64,000 bases of DNA from Podarcis liolepis (lineage: Eukaryota), in NCBI GenBank assembly GCA_965112155.1, contig OZ218107.1. One strand, written 5' to 3'. Positions 1 to 13,145 of the stretch are shown in pieces. Under the pieces are notes generated by a model. It saw nothing but the letters and a program-made list of their open reading frames with translations, was not told the origin of the DNA and ran no database searches. Within the stretch, counting starts at the first letter, position 1; the number at the start of each line of letters is the position of its first letter. The translations under genes were made by a program, and so were the position numbers.

Positions 1-34
1 CATTTCATTCGATCTCAGTCTCTTCTACATATGC

Positions 35-396
35 TGTGGTCTAAACCACTGAGCCTCTTGGGCTTGCCAGTCAGAAGGTCGGCGGTTCAAATCCCCACAA
101 TGGGGTGAGCTCCTGTTGTTCTGTCCCAGCTTCTGCCAACCTAGCAGTTCAAAAGCATACCAGTGCAAGTAGATAAATAGGTACCACTGCGGAGGGAAGG
201 TAAACAGCGTTTCTGTGTGCTCTGGCACTTGTCACAGTCCTCCGTGTGCTAGTAGCGGTTTAGTCATGTGGCCACATGACCCGGAAAGCTATCTATGGAC
301 AAACGCTGGCTCCCTCAGCCTGAAAAGCAAGATGAGCACCACACCCCATAGTTGCCTTTGACTGGGCTTAAACATACAAGAGTCCTTTACCTTTAC
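35..396 (+). mobile_element. Sauria SINE (slightly 5'-truncated)
   Basis: tRNA-like head, ACCTTT tail, TSD CTACATATGC (25-34/397-406). Confidence 0.9.
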
Positions 397-1479
397 CTAC
401 ATATGCAAGAGAATGAGGTGGTACAATCTGAAAAGAGTTGAGTGGTCTACACCATTCCAGACTTAAGGTCTTACAACTTCCTTGCAGCCTAAAGTGGAAC
501 AGTCTACTCTAGGCACTCCAGACTATCCCATTTTGCTCCCGTCCTAAATACTGGATATTTATCTCCTAGCTTTTCAGAAGCAGAGGCATCTCTTGGGGAG
601 TGCAGCCAATGCAATCACACTGGGCATGGAATTTCTGGGACGCCGGATCAGGCTCTGCCACTATTACTCCAATGGAAGGCAAGAGGCATTGGGGAGGGGC
701 AGATTTTGGCGCCGCACAGAGTGCCACTGACATCTGAGATGCCATGGTCTGCCACTGTTAGAAGTGCTGAGCATATCTGAGTGGAACTGGAACTCAATAG
801 AAACTGCTGAGAGTATCAACTTTTGTGATATGTCCATCAGTATATACCCTTGCGTTTTCACATAACTGCTGCTTGTAGCGGAAATGATTTCCTCTTCTTA
901 TTTTTGCCAGCGGAACCCTTAGGGCTGAGTTCACATGACCGTTTTTAACCCACAGGAAGGTCATTTCCCCCTCTTCTCTTGTATGATCCACATAGAACTG
1001 GATCATTATTTCATGCTGGCCCAAGATTAGTTGACCAAGCCTCAAGGTGAGCAGCTAAGAGTTAGCAGAGAAAGTCCAAGAATTAGAGCCATTTCATAGT
1101 CTGGAGTCTAAATGGGAGGGCGAAAGAAGAAGGAAGGACAAGAAGCTGCAGGGACAACACAAGAAGTGAGGTCCAGAAGCAATCTGGAGGATAAAGCTCT
1201 CGGAGGCTACTAGGTTTGATGGCTCCACTAAATGGCAGGCACTGGGAATCACAGGGAAAATGCTTTGCTCCCAGGTTCTGCTTTGGGGCTTCCCATAGGC
1301 ACCTGACTGGCCACTGTGAGAACAGGATGCAGGACTAGACAGGCCATTGGCCTAACACTGCAGGGCTCATCTTATGTTCTTACAGTCCATGGTCCAAACA
1401 AGGGGTGGTCTAGTGACCATCAAGGTGGCAAGGTGCAGAGATGTTGTTCCACCACTCTAAGCTTGGAAGAAGAAGACTT

Positions 1480-1876
1480 TGAAACCTGACCTTCCAAGGC
1501 TTCACCCAGAACACACAAGATACCTGTGTGGCTTGCATATTTCATTTTACTCAAGCATACTCACATATACCGGTACATTTACTCTGGAGGAGTTGCTCCT
1601 CAGGCACACACTCGGTCTTCTAGTGTCTGGCTGAGACTTCACCTTTAAGTGCCCGTGCTCCTTAAGATTTGACAGCTGTTCAGCTTCTGCTGCTGATTCT
1701 GTGAAGGGGTTATCTGTGTCTTGAGGAAGAAGTTGAGCTGCTGTGACCCCTGAAGTCCCCAGATTCCCCTGCTGTGCCTCACAATCCTTTGACACAGGTT
1801 GCTCCTCTGTGCTGTCTGCCTTGAGGAGCTCCGAGTCAACTTCCAAAGAGGATTCCTCCAGAGGGGAGGTGTAACA
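1480..1876 (-). mobile_element. Possible old Gypsy-type solo LTR
   Basis: Minus strand begins TGTTACA and ends TTTCA; no clear TSD. Confidence 0.3.
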
Positions 1877-2114
1877 ACAGGATCCTTATGTGTTGTACAG
1901 GATTAGTGCCGGGGAGGGGGAATAAGGAGTTAGGACAAATGGATGCTCTGCTACTCATCCCCATGTTCCAACTCTTCCTATTTGCTGTCCCCTTTTACTG
2001 ACCCATAAAAAACCCACATAGACCTGGAGGAGCCCTTCAGCCATATTTTCTGCATTATGAGTTCCAGCTACAAAACAACAGCACAATGTGCAGAGAAAGA
2101 GCTAATGGTCTGAA

Positions 2115-2390
2115 TTGTGCTGACTAACCCTCTCAAGAACCTTCCAAGTCATGCATCTGTCTCTACATCTTGCTGTGTCATGGTAGGCTTTGTTTGCCTC
2201 TCCACACTTGCTGAGTAAGCTAAGCTGTTCCAGTCTTGAGGCCACTTTTGCTGAGTCACTGTGGTGAGAACACGTGAGCCTGTATTGAATCAAATGGTTT
2301 CCTGCTGCTTTTCCTGAGATTGCAGCTGTATGCATTGGCTCACATCCCTACTTCTTCTTTTTTAAACCTTCAGAATGATCTAGAAGCAAC
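2115..2390. promoter_or_regulatory. Distal StRE/MARE (Nrf2/Bach1-sMaf) cluster, E2-like, about -9.6 kb
   Basis: TGCTGACTAA 2118, TGCTGTGTCAT 2171, TGCTGAGTAA 2209, TGCTGAGTCAC 2249; E-box 2271; near-HSE 2372-2386. Confidence 0.75.
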
Positions 2391-3458
2391 TATTTTTCCA
2401 AGCGATCTGATTGCTGTGCCTTTAACTCTTTCTGTTCCTTAATGACTACTCCAGGGGAAGTATGAATAATACACGCCCATAAAACTACACCTATTTCTTA
2501 TACAGAGTTTTTACCCTGTTGTGTTCTCTGTTGAAAGAAAAATGTATTTTTTTAAAAAAACCTGAGATGGGTTGCATTGGTTTATAAGCTGGCAAACTTT
2601 CAAACCTAATGCAAGGCAGCATGAGCAGGAACTGTAAGCTTTCTAAGAGATTCTGAACTTGTCAAGAAAGACGGCTATACAGATTTACTAAACAATGTCA
2701 TGACTTTTGTGACTCTGAGTAGGTCATGTCTAATATGTCCCTGAATTTAGGACAAGTCAAACAGTACAGGTTTGTTTATTTTAAGAACATGTTTGCTCAG
2801 CTGGCATGAAAAACAGAGAGATCTGCAGCAACATTTTGTCCAGCCACCATAACAATCTAGGTAAACCAACAGCTCATTCTGTGTTCTCAACAGATGTAAT
2901 TAAAGAGCCAGTGAAAATTGGGGTGGTTGGGTTAGAAATTCAATTCAGTTCACATCTAAACATGAATCTACCTCATTTGCCCTTTCTGAAACAATGCATG
3001 ACCCTAAACACACCCGTTCTTCAAAACTGGCACTTTCTTCTGGCAAAATACATATACTAAAGTGTGCATATGATGTCCATGAGCAGCAATTTTCTTTTGA
3101 AAAGGGAAATTAGTAGAGAAACACTCCAAGACAAATATTAAGATGAAATGCTAATTAATGGAACTCAAAACTAATGCAATTTGAACAAATGAAATATAAA
3201 CCAAATAGAATTTTCAATGAGCAAGAAAAGTCAAATGAACCTCCTCCACAAAAAAATAACCATATTTTATTCTCGCATGTCTTACCCCTGCTTTTAGCCA
3301 TGTTGTTAATCTGAGAAGACAAGAAAGCCATACTATACACATTTACCTGGGACTGAGTCCTACTGAACTCAGTAGGACTTACTCCTTAGTAAACATGCTT
3401 AGGATTGCACTGCAAGAACCAGAAGTGCGTGTTACTATTTCAAAAGCACAGAAGGCAG

Positions 3459-4080
3459 GATGCAAGTGATAGACTACATGGAATTGGCAGAAATGACTGG
3501 CAGAATCCGAGACCTGGGAGAAGAGTTAGTGGAAGAGGACTGGAAGAAGTTTAAAGACTACTTGCAAAAACATTGTAAAATGTTGGAGTGTTAAAATGTT
3601 AAAATGTTGGAATGTTAAAATGATGCAAGATATAAAGACAATGTGGCATCAGTGACATAAGTAAAAGGAGTATGTAACAAATGTTTCAAAAGACAAGGGT
3701 GAAAAAACTAGATTACATTGTGTCAAATGTAAACAAAAGGATATAAAGGGAAGAATTGGAGACACATTGGGTTGAAATCTATAATATAGATCAAGATTTG
3801 AAAGAGGGTAAGATATTTGCTGAACATGGTTGTGTAAAAAGGAACACAAAAAAGGGAGATGTGAGGAAGTCAGGAAGAAGGGTTATGAAAATAACAAGTA
3901 AAAAATTGGATTTTTATGTCTTTTTTCATGTTTTTTTTCTTTTATTTCATATATTTTTTAGGTTTTTTACTGTATCTTTTTTGTTTTGTTTTGAGTGTGA
4001 TGATGATGTTTCTTTTAAAGTTTGATTGGAAGGTTTCTTTTACTGTTTAAAATTTCAATAAATATCTTTTTAAAAAAACC
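3459..4080 (+). mobile_element. L1-type LINE 3' fragment
   Basis: 18-bp TSD CAAAAGCACAGAAGGCAG; ORF2-end-like YMELAEMT...DWKKFKDYL; AATAAA plus A-rich tail. Confidence 0.8.
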
Positions 4081-4352
4081 CAAAAGCACAGAAGGCAGAT
4101 CTCTTAGCCCCAGTTCATTTTTCCACTTTCCAGCTCACAGCGAAGGCTTTTGCCTGGTTACGTTCTGTTCAGTGGGGCTTAAGTCCCGAGTAAGAGTCCA
4201 TACGGCTGGAGCCTAAATGTCCAGAGAAATTCCCTGTCTTCAAGAACAATGCCTGTTATATCTTCAGAGTACAGCCCTGAAGGACAGTTTCCTGCATTGT
4301 GTATCAGTCCAGCTTCTGTCATATATGTCAATATGATGTCAATATGATGAGT

Positions 4353-4355
<3 letters not shown>

Positions 4356-4385
<30 letters not shown>
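4356..4385. repeat. (GT)15 microsatellite
   Basis: Read directly from the sequence. Confidence 0.95.
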
Positions 4386-4387
<2 letters not shown>

Positions 4388-4578
4388 ATCAGCAAGGTGT
4401 ACATCAGCTCATTCCAGAGATGTCTCATATGCACCTGCATCACACAAGCAATAATTACCTGGGACTCATTGTGTGCTCTCTTCTCTCCAGATGCATCATT
4501 AATACTGCCATTAGGATCAAGGTCATTTCTGGCATATCAGAGATGCTTTTTGTTTTTGAGCCTGCTTAAGGATAGTGT

Positions 4579-4937
4579 AGGGATGCGGGTGGCACTGTAG
4601 GTTAAACCACAGAGCCTAGGACCTGCCAATCAGAAGGTTGGCGGTTCAAATGCCCGCAACAGGGTGAGCTCCTGTTGCTCAGTCCCTGCTCCTGCCAACC
4701 TAGCAGTTTGAAAGCACGTCAAAGTGCAAGTAGATAAATAGGTACCACTCCGGCGGAAGGGTAAACGGCGTTTCCGTGTGCTGCTCTGGTTCGCCAGAAG
4801 TGGCTTAGTCATGCTGGCCACATGACCCAGAAGCTGTTTGCGGACAAACGCCAGCTCCCTCGGCCTATAGAGCGAGATGAGCACACAACCCCAGAGTTGG
4901 TCACGACTGGACCTAATGGTCAGGGGTCCCTTTACCT
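4579..4937 (+). mobile_element. Sauria SINE
   Basis: GGGATGCGGGTGGC head, ACCTTT tail, TSD TTAAGGATAGTGT. Confidence 0.92.
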
Positions 4938-5035
4938 TTAAGGATAGTGTTCCTTGGTATGGCAGGACAAGCAGTAGTTAAAGGAGTCACAACGACCTGA
5001 AGACCAGTTTGCAGTGGAACAGCTTCCTGATTTTG

Positions 5036-5165
5036 TAGAATCATATAATTGTAGAGTTGGAAGGGACCACAAGGCCAACTCCCTGCAATGCAGGAATCTT
5101 TTGCCCAACTTGGGGCTCGAACCCACAACCCTGAGATTAAGAGTCTCATGTTCGACCAACTGAGC
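5036..5165 (-). mobile_element. tRNA-Lys(CTT)-derived SINE with CR1-type tail
   Basis: Head GCTCAG...GAGACTCTTAATCTCAGGGT...GGTTCGAGCCCC plus a tail resembling the CR1 3' end. Confidence 0.8.
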
Positions 5166-6063
5166 AGGGTTATTGGCCTCCCTTGGAGCCCTTTAGAAGT
5201 TACTATGCTCCTTCCCATTCCAATGGCTTTCCTGATCTCACACCTACACCACGCCTATCAAGCTGCCTTTGTGATCTGTGGCAGTTTCAAGTCAATGACT
5301 GATTGACTTGAATCCATTCTTAGGCTCTGTATTCACATCTGCTCTGAGTCTAGTCCAGAACCACATGCCCTCCCATCTAAGCTGATTCAGACGCTCTGAA
5401 GCCTCTATGATCTAGTGATTGACAAATATCATACAGGTGAACCAAGGGATCGCCATCTATTTTCATAGATCAAAATCATTTGCGCATGCATAGTGTGTGT
5501 GCATTGCAGTTTCAGGCCAGATCCAGCAATCTGGCCAATTTTATTCTGACCGATAGCTGCCAACCCAGTCTGTTACAATACTCTTCTGTTCTGACTGGTA
5601 ACAGCTCCCTGGCAGCTAAGGGGAAAAGACTTCCACGTCCCCTGCTACCTGATCCTTCTAAGCCAGGGACCGAACCTGGAACTGTCTGTGTGCAAAAAAA
5701 CATGAGCTCTCTACTAAGTTATGTGTTCCCTCCAGGAGTGGCTCATCCCACGGTGCAGAACAACAACAATAGCTTCCTAGCAGTGGTATTGTTGGCACTT
5801 AACCAGGAGGGGAAGACTGAGGTGGTGGCAAGGTCAAAGCTGAGAAGATGCGCTAGAAGAACCTGCTGGGTGCTCCCACAAGTGCATCCACACAGCTTCC
5901 TCTCACTAAGTGGCAGCAACATCTCTGCTGGGAGACTATTGATGCATCTCTGACCCACCAAGTGAGCCACACCTGGGTCTTTTCCTCTCAAACAGGAGGC
6001 TCATTGTCAAGGCATCAAACCACTTTTGCAAGCAGAGATGCTAGCTCCTATCCTAACAGGAGA

Positions 6064-6492
6064 TCATAGAATCATAGAGTTGGAAGAGACCACAAGGGCC
6101 ATCGAGTCCAACCCCCTGCCAAGCAGGAAACACCATCAGAGCACTCCTGACATATGGTTGTCAAGCCTCTGCTTAAAGACCTCCAAAGAAGGAGACTCCA
6201 CCACACTCCTTGGCAGCAAATTCCACTGTCGAACAGCTCTTACTGTCAGGAAGTTCTTCCTAATGTTTAGGTGGAATCTTCTTTCTTGTAGTTTGGATCC
6301 CTTGCTCCGTGTCCGCTTCTCTGGAGCAGCAGAAAACAACCTTTCTCCCTCCTCTATGTGACATCCTTTTATATATTTGAACATGGCTATCATATCACCC
6401 CTTAACCTCCTCTTCTCCAGGCTAAACATGCCCAGCTCCCTTAGCCGTTCCTCATAAGGCATCGTTTCCAGGCCTTTGACCATTTTGGTTGA
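6064..6492 (-). mobile_element. CR1 LINE 3' fragment
   Basis: ORF2 C-terminus ([14 protein letters not shown]...WNLLP) and (ATTCTATG)n tail. Confidence 0.95.
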
Positions 6493-7949
6493 GATGTTCT
6501 TGTGGTTGTTTTTAACATGTGTATGTTACAGCTGGCTGCAAAGTGGTTTGGCTAGATTAATCTGGACAGTTTCCTGAGGGGAAAATGCTGCTGGTTTTGT
6601 GCAAATAAAACAAACCAAGGGAAGGCATTGCAAGGATGTGTGTGGTGCTCTGCTAAGGTCCCAGGAACTACAGTTCTACTAGAACATGGACCACAGTGAG
6701 TGAAACTATAGCTGTGTTCAGGTGGTTGGCACCATGAACACCTGTCAGATCCTGAACCTTGCCGACTCCAGTCTCCAGATGGTCTGAAGGGAGATCGTCA
6801 GTACACTTAGCTGAAAACATTAAGAATCTCTGAATGTGTGAAGATCAGGATTGGAGAGATGGGTCCAATGTACAGGAGGGCATTGGGGTGAAGCTAACAC
6901 ACTGTGTGTCCCCACACATTTTGCTTAATGGGGTTCTAGAACAAGTACCAAAGTACAGGACTATGATGGAAAGGGAGACTGAGAGAAGCCGATCAGGAAG
7001 CACTATTGCTGTGGTACAGGACTGAAGGGAAAACTTTCCAATGTGCAAACTGGGGATCCATTGGCCATTACTAACACAAGCATTTCCCAAAGATTTGATG
7101 ACTTGGAGCAAGAAGGAGCTAATCCACAACTTTCCTGATTTGAAATATATGATCATTACTTCACAGTTCCTCTCTCCTCTCTATACTGTGAGAATAAGAG
7201 ATCAGGTACAGCCTCTTACACCCTGATATAACCGTGTTTATTCATAAATCCAATTTATTTCCCTATAATTTACTTTCAAGTAGATGAGCTTGGGACTTCA
7301 GCCATGATATAGAAAACCGCAACCAGTAGCAAACATACTCTATCAAATGGTCTATATTTCATGGAATGCATTGTTTAATGTTTGACTGAATGCATTACAT
7401 TAAAGATCATTTGTAGATTTCTCATGAACTGGAAGAGACAAACAAGCACTGAGTAAGTACACAGTTTGCCATGTAAAGTGGGGTATGTTGTAACCTCTGC
7501 TCTTCTCAGCAGTTCTGTCAGATTTGTTAATTATCATGATGGCTAGAAAGCTGATTGCTTTGAATGCCAGCTTTTATTTTCAGCACAATCTGCTACACAA
7601 ATGTCTAATGGAAAATGTCCTTGGAATTCCTCACTGTTTTCCTGGCATGTGAACCATAATATCAAGCTCAAAGTTTGATCTGTCTGTAGAAAAACAAACG
7701 ACTGCCCCATAGGAGTATAACATGTGAGTTGCCTGGCTGTGGGCAAACATAATTGTGCTACCAAAGCACTTGTGAAACTAGTTTTGCTTTAATTGTTGAA
7801 TTCACTCAATAATTGTTAACCTTTGCCCATTCGCTCTTACATTTCCCTTGCACTGACAAGGAGGCCTTTCAGCCTCTACGAACAAATCTGTTACCGCTTT
7901 CAGAAAAGCTGTTGTTTTTTCCTGTTGCACACAGCTGTACATTCTGTTT

Positions 7950-8045
7950 TCTGATTCAGCGTTTCCTTTTGAGGCTTTAGCAGCACATTTTGCTGTGTCA
8001 CGACGTTCCCTTATAAGGAAGGCATTGCTTTTTGCTGAGTAATAC
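7950..8045. promoter_or_regulatory. StRE/MARE cluster, E1-like, about -3.9 kb
   Basis: TGATTCAGCG 7952, TGCTGTGTCAC 7991, TGCTGAGTAA 8033; CArG box CCTTATAAGG 8009-8018. Confidence 0.7.
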
Positions 8046-8391
8046 ATGCATCCCTCTAACCTCTGGCATTGTTCCCTGAAGCTGGAAAAGATACAGCCAG
8101 TCTCGGAGGTAACTTAAGGCTGACTTTCAGATTTACTGTCATGTGCTATAACTGGTAATGCCGTTGCATGTAAGTCCCAGTGTACAGGAACATCTAACCT
8201 TGTAACAATGGTGAAGCTAAGGAAATAGGGACCAGGGCAGTCTTTAAATGAAAACCCAATGTAAGCAATCTTAAGCTTTCTAAAGGAAAAACAGAATATA
8301 ATGATAAGTTAGGAAAATATTATTGTGCAGAAATACTTTAACGCTATTGTTAACCAATCACTGTGGCCATTTTTTCAGAGATCTGTCAGAT

Positions 8392-8506
8392 TTAGAATAA
8401 TAGAATTGTAGGTCCAATTGTAGGTCCAACCCCTGCAATGCAGGAATCTTTTGCCCAACATGGGGCTTGAATCCATGACTCTAAGAGTCTCATGCTCTAC
8501 CAACTG
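8392..8506 (-). mobile_element. tRNA-Lys-derived CR1-tail SINE (degenerate)
   Basis: Similar to 5036-5165. Confidence 0.7.
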
Positions 8507-8950
8507 GATTTATTTTATTTTTATTTGTGGTAAGGTGCTGTGCCTTCAACAACTCGATGAGGGGAGAAAGTTCAGCAAAGCAATGGGTACTGTTGAGCAC
8601 CATGGGGTTGTTGTTGTTGTTTTTGTGATACTGGGAGTCACCAAAGGCATACATGGTGTTCCCCCAGCACACTATCTCGTTACTGCTTTGCGCTGTGGTG
8701 TATATCTTTCTGTCACACAAAAACCGCTGGTTGGTGCAGGTGGAAAGAGGTATATTTCCTCAACTCCTGGTGATCCTAGTCTGTGCAGTAGGCTGGTTTC
8801 TACACAGACTTCCAGACTCCTCTCTAAGTTTCCATCCAGGCAAGCAGGAGGAATTATTAAAGTTCAGAGACACATTCTACCTGGGCATGAACACGCAAAG
8901 AGGCTGGAAAGAAGGGCCAGTGAGGGGAGTCCTGAGGGCCAGCAGAGAAG

Positions 8951-9084
8951 CATGGGCATAGCCAGGATTTTTTGGGGGGCAGGACTTTGTTAGGGGGCAG
9001 AACCGTCATGATTGGTCAGTTATTTCTCTTATTTTATTTGGTCTAGGGGGGCAGCTGCCCCCTGCCCCCCTGGCTACACCCATA
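8951..9084. mobile_element. hAT (Tip100-like) MITE
   Basis: TSD CAGAGAAG; TIR CATGGGCATAGCCAGG. Confidence 0.8.
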
Positions 9085-10860
9085 CAGAGAAGTTTCAAGA
9101 GCTTCATTTGACCCCCACCCCCCAGACCTGAGGTTCCCAGCCCCTGTTCTATCAGCTGCCTACACCACACTGGAATTATTCTTAAATCCTGATAAATGTG
9201 GGGTCTTTGTGACAGCACAGGTTTTATACCCTATTTCCCCCATACTGTTCTTTCTCTGTCCCTACATACTGAAGTGGGGAAACTGCTGTCACATTGAACA
9301 CCTTGGACAGCCGCGATGAATAGATGAGTGATGCCAGTGAAACACCTGTGAAAACACGATGGTGCTCTGTGAGGTAAATCCGATGCCTGAAAGCGAATGG
9401 TATGTGAGTCAAGTGAACTGCGAGGAAGGCTATCATTTGTAGGCTCTGATCCCTGCTCCTGCTCCTAAACTGGAATCTCTTCAGAACTTCGTGGTAATTG
9501 TCCTTCACGGTCATTCTCACATGGAACCATTAGACAGTCATCAACATATATGGTACTTCGCTATATCAGCTCATAGAATGCATCAGCCTCTTGTGACATC
9601 CCGTGCTGTTATATAATTATTTTACTTTATACGCAAAACGAGCACAGTGGCGGAACTGCTTGCCACATTTTGGCGCCTCAGGCAAAGGACAAGATGGCGC
9701 CTCCTTTCGTTCCATATACAATTTTTTGGTCAGAATGGCATTGGAATCTGACATTGTCACAGGGAATGAATGGGACAGCATCTGACAGCGCTGCACCTGG
9801 CTAGCTAGTCATGCAACAGACCTGAGCGCATTCATAATGGTGTTCTGGAATGCTCTGCTTGTGTCCAGCGAAGAAAAGTGAAGCAGTGAAGAAGCTTGAC
9901 TGAGTCAGCTGCAGTGTCAACACATTTGCCTTTTCTGGACTTCCAGCCACTTGGCTCAAAATGCCTTCCTCTTAAGACAGAACAAATGAAAATGCACATC
10001 CTCAGCTAGCCATTTTCTACATGTCAATATTGGAGAGGCCCTGCATCTACATTGGACCAATCAGTCAATGAACCACCTTATATTATGATGTTGCTTAGCG
10101 TTCCATGGTTCCTATCATTAATTTCTGCGAAGAGTTGCCACCTTTCTTATCTGGCCCTGCTCCTGTACTTTTTTGCAGCAGCTTGATCTGCAGATAGCAT
10201 GTAGTACTACTTCATGCCATGAAAAGCATCTCCTACTTATTTTCAAGAGCACAATACCCTTAGTCTTAGTGGAACAGACCAAAGGTCTTCTGCCTATCCC
10301 AGAGATGGGGAACCTGTGACCCTTCAGATGTTGTTATCAATTCCCAACTCCCAAAAATCTCAGTCAGCATAGCCAGTGGTCAGAGGTGATAGGAGCTGGA
10401 GTCTGACAGCATCCAGAGAGCCACACAAGTTCCCCACCTCTGAGTTATCCAGATGCTTCAGGAAAGCCTACAAGCAGGACATGAAGACAATGACCCATTG
10501 TTCGTCCCCAACGTCTGATACGCAGAGGTTGTACTTCTTCTAAACATCATGGCTAATGTCTTATATTTCTATAGATAAAATTGTAGTGAAAGGAACAAGA
10601 TTGAGTCAGGCTCATTTCCTCCCTGCCCTGGCCAGTTGACAATGCTATTCATTGCCTTTTCTGATTCAATTATACTTTATTTCCTGAAAATGGCCCATCA
10701 GCAGTAGTGCAGATTTTAGACTCCGGGGTTACTGGTCTTAAAAAGCAGGCCTCTATATTACCAAATATTTTAGGTTGTTAGTATTTTGTTTAAAAATGAA
10801 TTTATTTATTTTTTTAAAAAAACCTTTGGTTTCTCTATTTGCAAAGCTGAGATACAAGTA

Positions 10861-11102
10861 CAGTGGTACCTCGGGTTAAGTACTTAATTCGTTCCGGAGG
10901 TCCGTTCTTAACCTGAAACTGTTCTTAACCTGAAGTACCACTTTAGCTAATGGGGCCTCCTGCTGCTGCTGCGCCGCCGGAGCCCAATTTCTATTCTTAT
11001 CCTGGAGCAAAGTTCTTAACCTGAAGCACTATTTCTGGGTTAGCTGAGTGTGTAACCTGAAGCGTATGTAACCTGAAGTGTATGTAACCCAAGGTATCAC
11101 TG
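10861..11102. mobile_element. Tc1/mariner (Tigger-like) MITE
   Basis: TA TSD; TIR CAGTGGTACCTCGGGTTA. Confidence 0.88.
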
Positions 11103-11639
11103 TATCTCCCCATCCATCTTCCTGGCGGGGTTGGTGTGATAGGAATCATCACCATTGAACACATGGTCACTCTTGTTCCAAAGTAAACATCAGGGGGTTA
11201 ATCAGGAAAAACTGAGGATCTCATTGTGTGCTGGAACAAAGAACATGGCATTTCCTGATGCTTCAGGGGTTTTTTGGGGGGGACATTCCCAGCTGTACCC
11301 AGAGATGCCAGGGACTGAACCTGAGACTCCAAGGCAGATGCTCTGCTACTGAGCTATAGTTCTGAAGGGTGGGGAACACAATTAATAAATGAATCATCAT
11401 ATTGATTAAAAAAAAATACTTAATGCACCGAAAAGCTGTTTCTCCCCAGTGTTTGCATGAAAGCAGTGGCAGATATTCACGAGTCCTTGTACAGTACTAG
11501 TATTCCATACTTGAAAATATTCCAGGTTAACCTGACTTAGATGGAAGACAAGGAGTTAAAACCAGCCTGGGCAAAATGCCCAGGATTCTTGAGAGAGATG
11601 TCTCTCACTTGACATCCTGTTGTTGTGCTTAGTTGTCAA

Positions 11640-11820
11640 GCTGCGTCAGCTGACTCTCCCTCCTCCCTCCCTTTCCCAGAGGAGGAAGAAGAGGGCCGGG
11701 TTCAGCTTCCTCATCGAGGGGAGTATGTGCGCGTGCATGTGCGTAGTGAAAGAGAACTGTACAGTGAAGTCAGATGTTCCCCGGGCTGAGCACGTGACCT
11801 CGGAGCAAAAGTATAAAGAA
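11640..11820 (+). promoter_or_regulatory. HMOX1: HMOX1 proximal promoter
   Basis: E-box CACGTGAC 11791-11798; TATAAA 11812-11817; MARE/CRE-like GCTGCGTCAGCTGACTC near 11640-11656. Confidence 0.8.
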
Positions 11821-11945
11821 AGATGCGGGGAGACCAGATGCCTAACTCAGTAGCTTCTCAAACTCTGGCGAGAAAGGGAGCAAGGAGCCGAGAGTGAAGA
11901 GGAAGGAAAGAAAGAGAGCGGCCGCAGGATAACAAAGCGAGGAGA

Positions 11946-11965
11946 ATGGCACAGCGCTCTGAAAG
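11946..11965 (+). CDS. HMOX1: Heme oxygenase 1, coding exon 1 (MAQRSE-R)
   Basis: ATG in strong context (agaATGG) downstream of a TATA box; donor AAG|GTGAGT; phase 2 joins exon 2. Confidence 0.85.
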
Positions 11966-13024
11966 GTGAGTGGCAATCCTGGGCTGGAGACAACCCTTCG
12001 AAGGAATTTACACAGACTCTCTCAGGTGTTACGATTAGCAGGGAGGGAGGCAGGCTCTTGGTAGGTCTAGCGTCCTCGGAAGTGCGGTGTGTGTGTTGCC
12101 CAGGAGAGGGCATTCTCTGTGGCAGCACCCAGCACTGTTGGACACCCTTCTCACCCAGGTGTGTGCCGTCTGGCACCTTCATTGGCATGGCTTCCATCAC
12201 ATGCTGAGGATGCACCGCTTTACCTTGGCCTCTGGTTGCATATACACTGTACATCTTACACACATTATTTTTCCCGTGGAATCTCGGGAATCTGTACAGA
12301 ACTACAGTTCCCAAGCAACAAACTATAGCTCCCAGGATTCTCTGTGGAGCAGTGTGTTTGAAATGTACGTCATTTTGTGGGACCTACCTCTGTTGTCAGA
12401 TATTTTGATTTTGCTGTGGAATGGCTTCATTTTATTTTTCAAACTGGGACCGTGTGGTGAAGGGCAGAAGAAATCTCACGACACGAATAGAGTACTTTTG
12501 CATTTGTACTTTTAGTGTTAAATGGCATCACTGTTTCTCTTGACGCCTGCATGCATGTAACAACTGACAACTGAGGCTAACGTTTAATGTGTATGAAGAA
12601 TTAGACTACTCATGAAAGCTTATTATATCAATATACATTTCTTATTTGTTAAAGACTTTGTTGTTCAGAGGCATGCCACTTTTGGGGGGTGGTATCTGAA
12701 TTGCATATTTCTAGTTGCATAGGCACCAAACATTCAGAATAGCTCTGCTCCCAAGAATCCTGGGAACCGTAGCTTGTTATAGATGTTGGGAAGTGTAGTT
12801 CTGTGGTGGGTAAACTACAGTTCCCAGGATTCTTGGAGGGGGGAAATGTGCTTTAATTATATGGTGCGTATGCAGCCCCTTGCTGAAGAACAATGGGGTC
12901 CATTTTCTTGTCAGGATGTTAATTTATCCTGCTTTGCCACAGACTGCCAGTTTACTTCTGTGCAAAAGTGCTGGTATGTAAGATGCTTAAGTTAACACTG
13001 AATTCCCCCCCCCTCTCCCACCAG

Positions 13025-13145
13025 AATGTCTCAGGACCTGTCAGAAGCCCTGAAAGAAAGCACCAAAGAGGTGCATGAGCAGGCAGAAACCACAGATTTC
13101 ATGATGCGGTTCCAGAAGGGGACGATGTCACTTCATGAATTCAAG
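13025..13145 (+). CDS. HMOX1: Heme oxygenase 1, exon 2 (MSQDLSEALKESTKEVHEQAE...EFK)
   Basis: 121-nt exon with ccag|...AAG|gt boundaries; contains the proximal heme-ligand His motif KEVH. Confidence 0.97.

Noticed and set aside
4356-4385. Orthologue of the human HMOX1 promoter (GT)n
   Set aside because: It lies about 7.5 kb from the TSS, microsatellites turn over quickly, and no flanking homology is visible.
4630-4884. Recurrent similar ORFs (GHVASMTKPLLANQSS...) suggesting a gene family
   Set aside because: Antisense translations of Sauria SINE copies.
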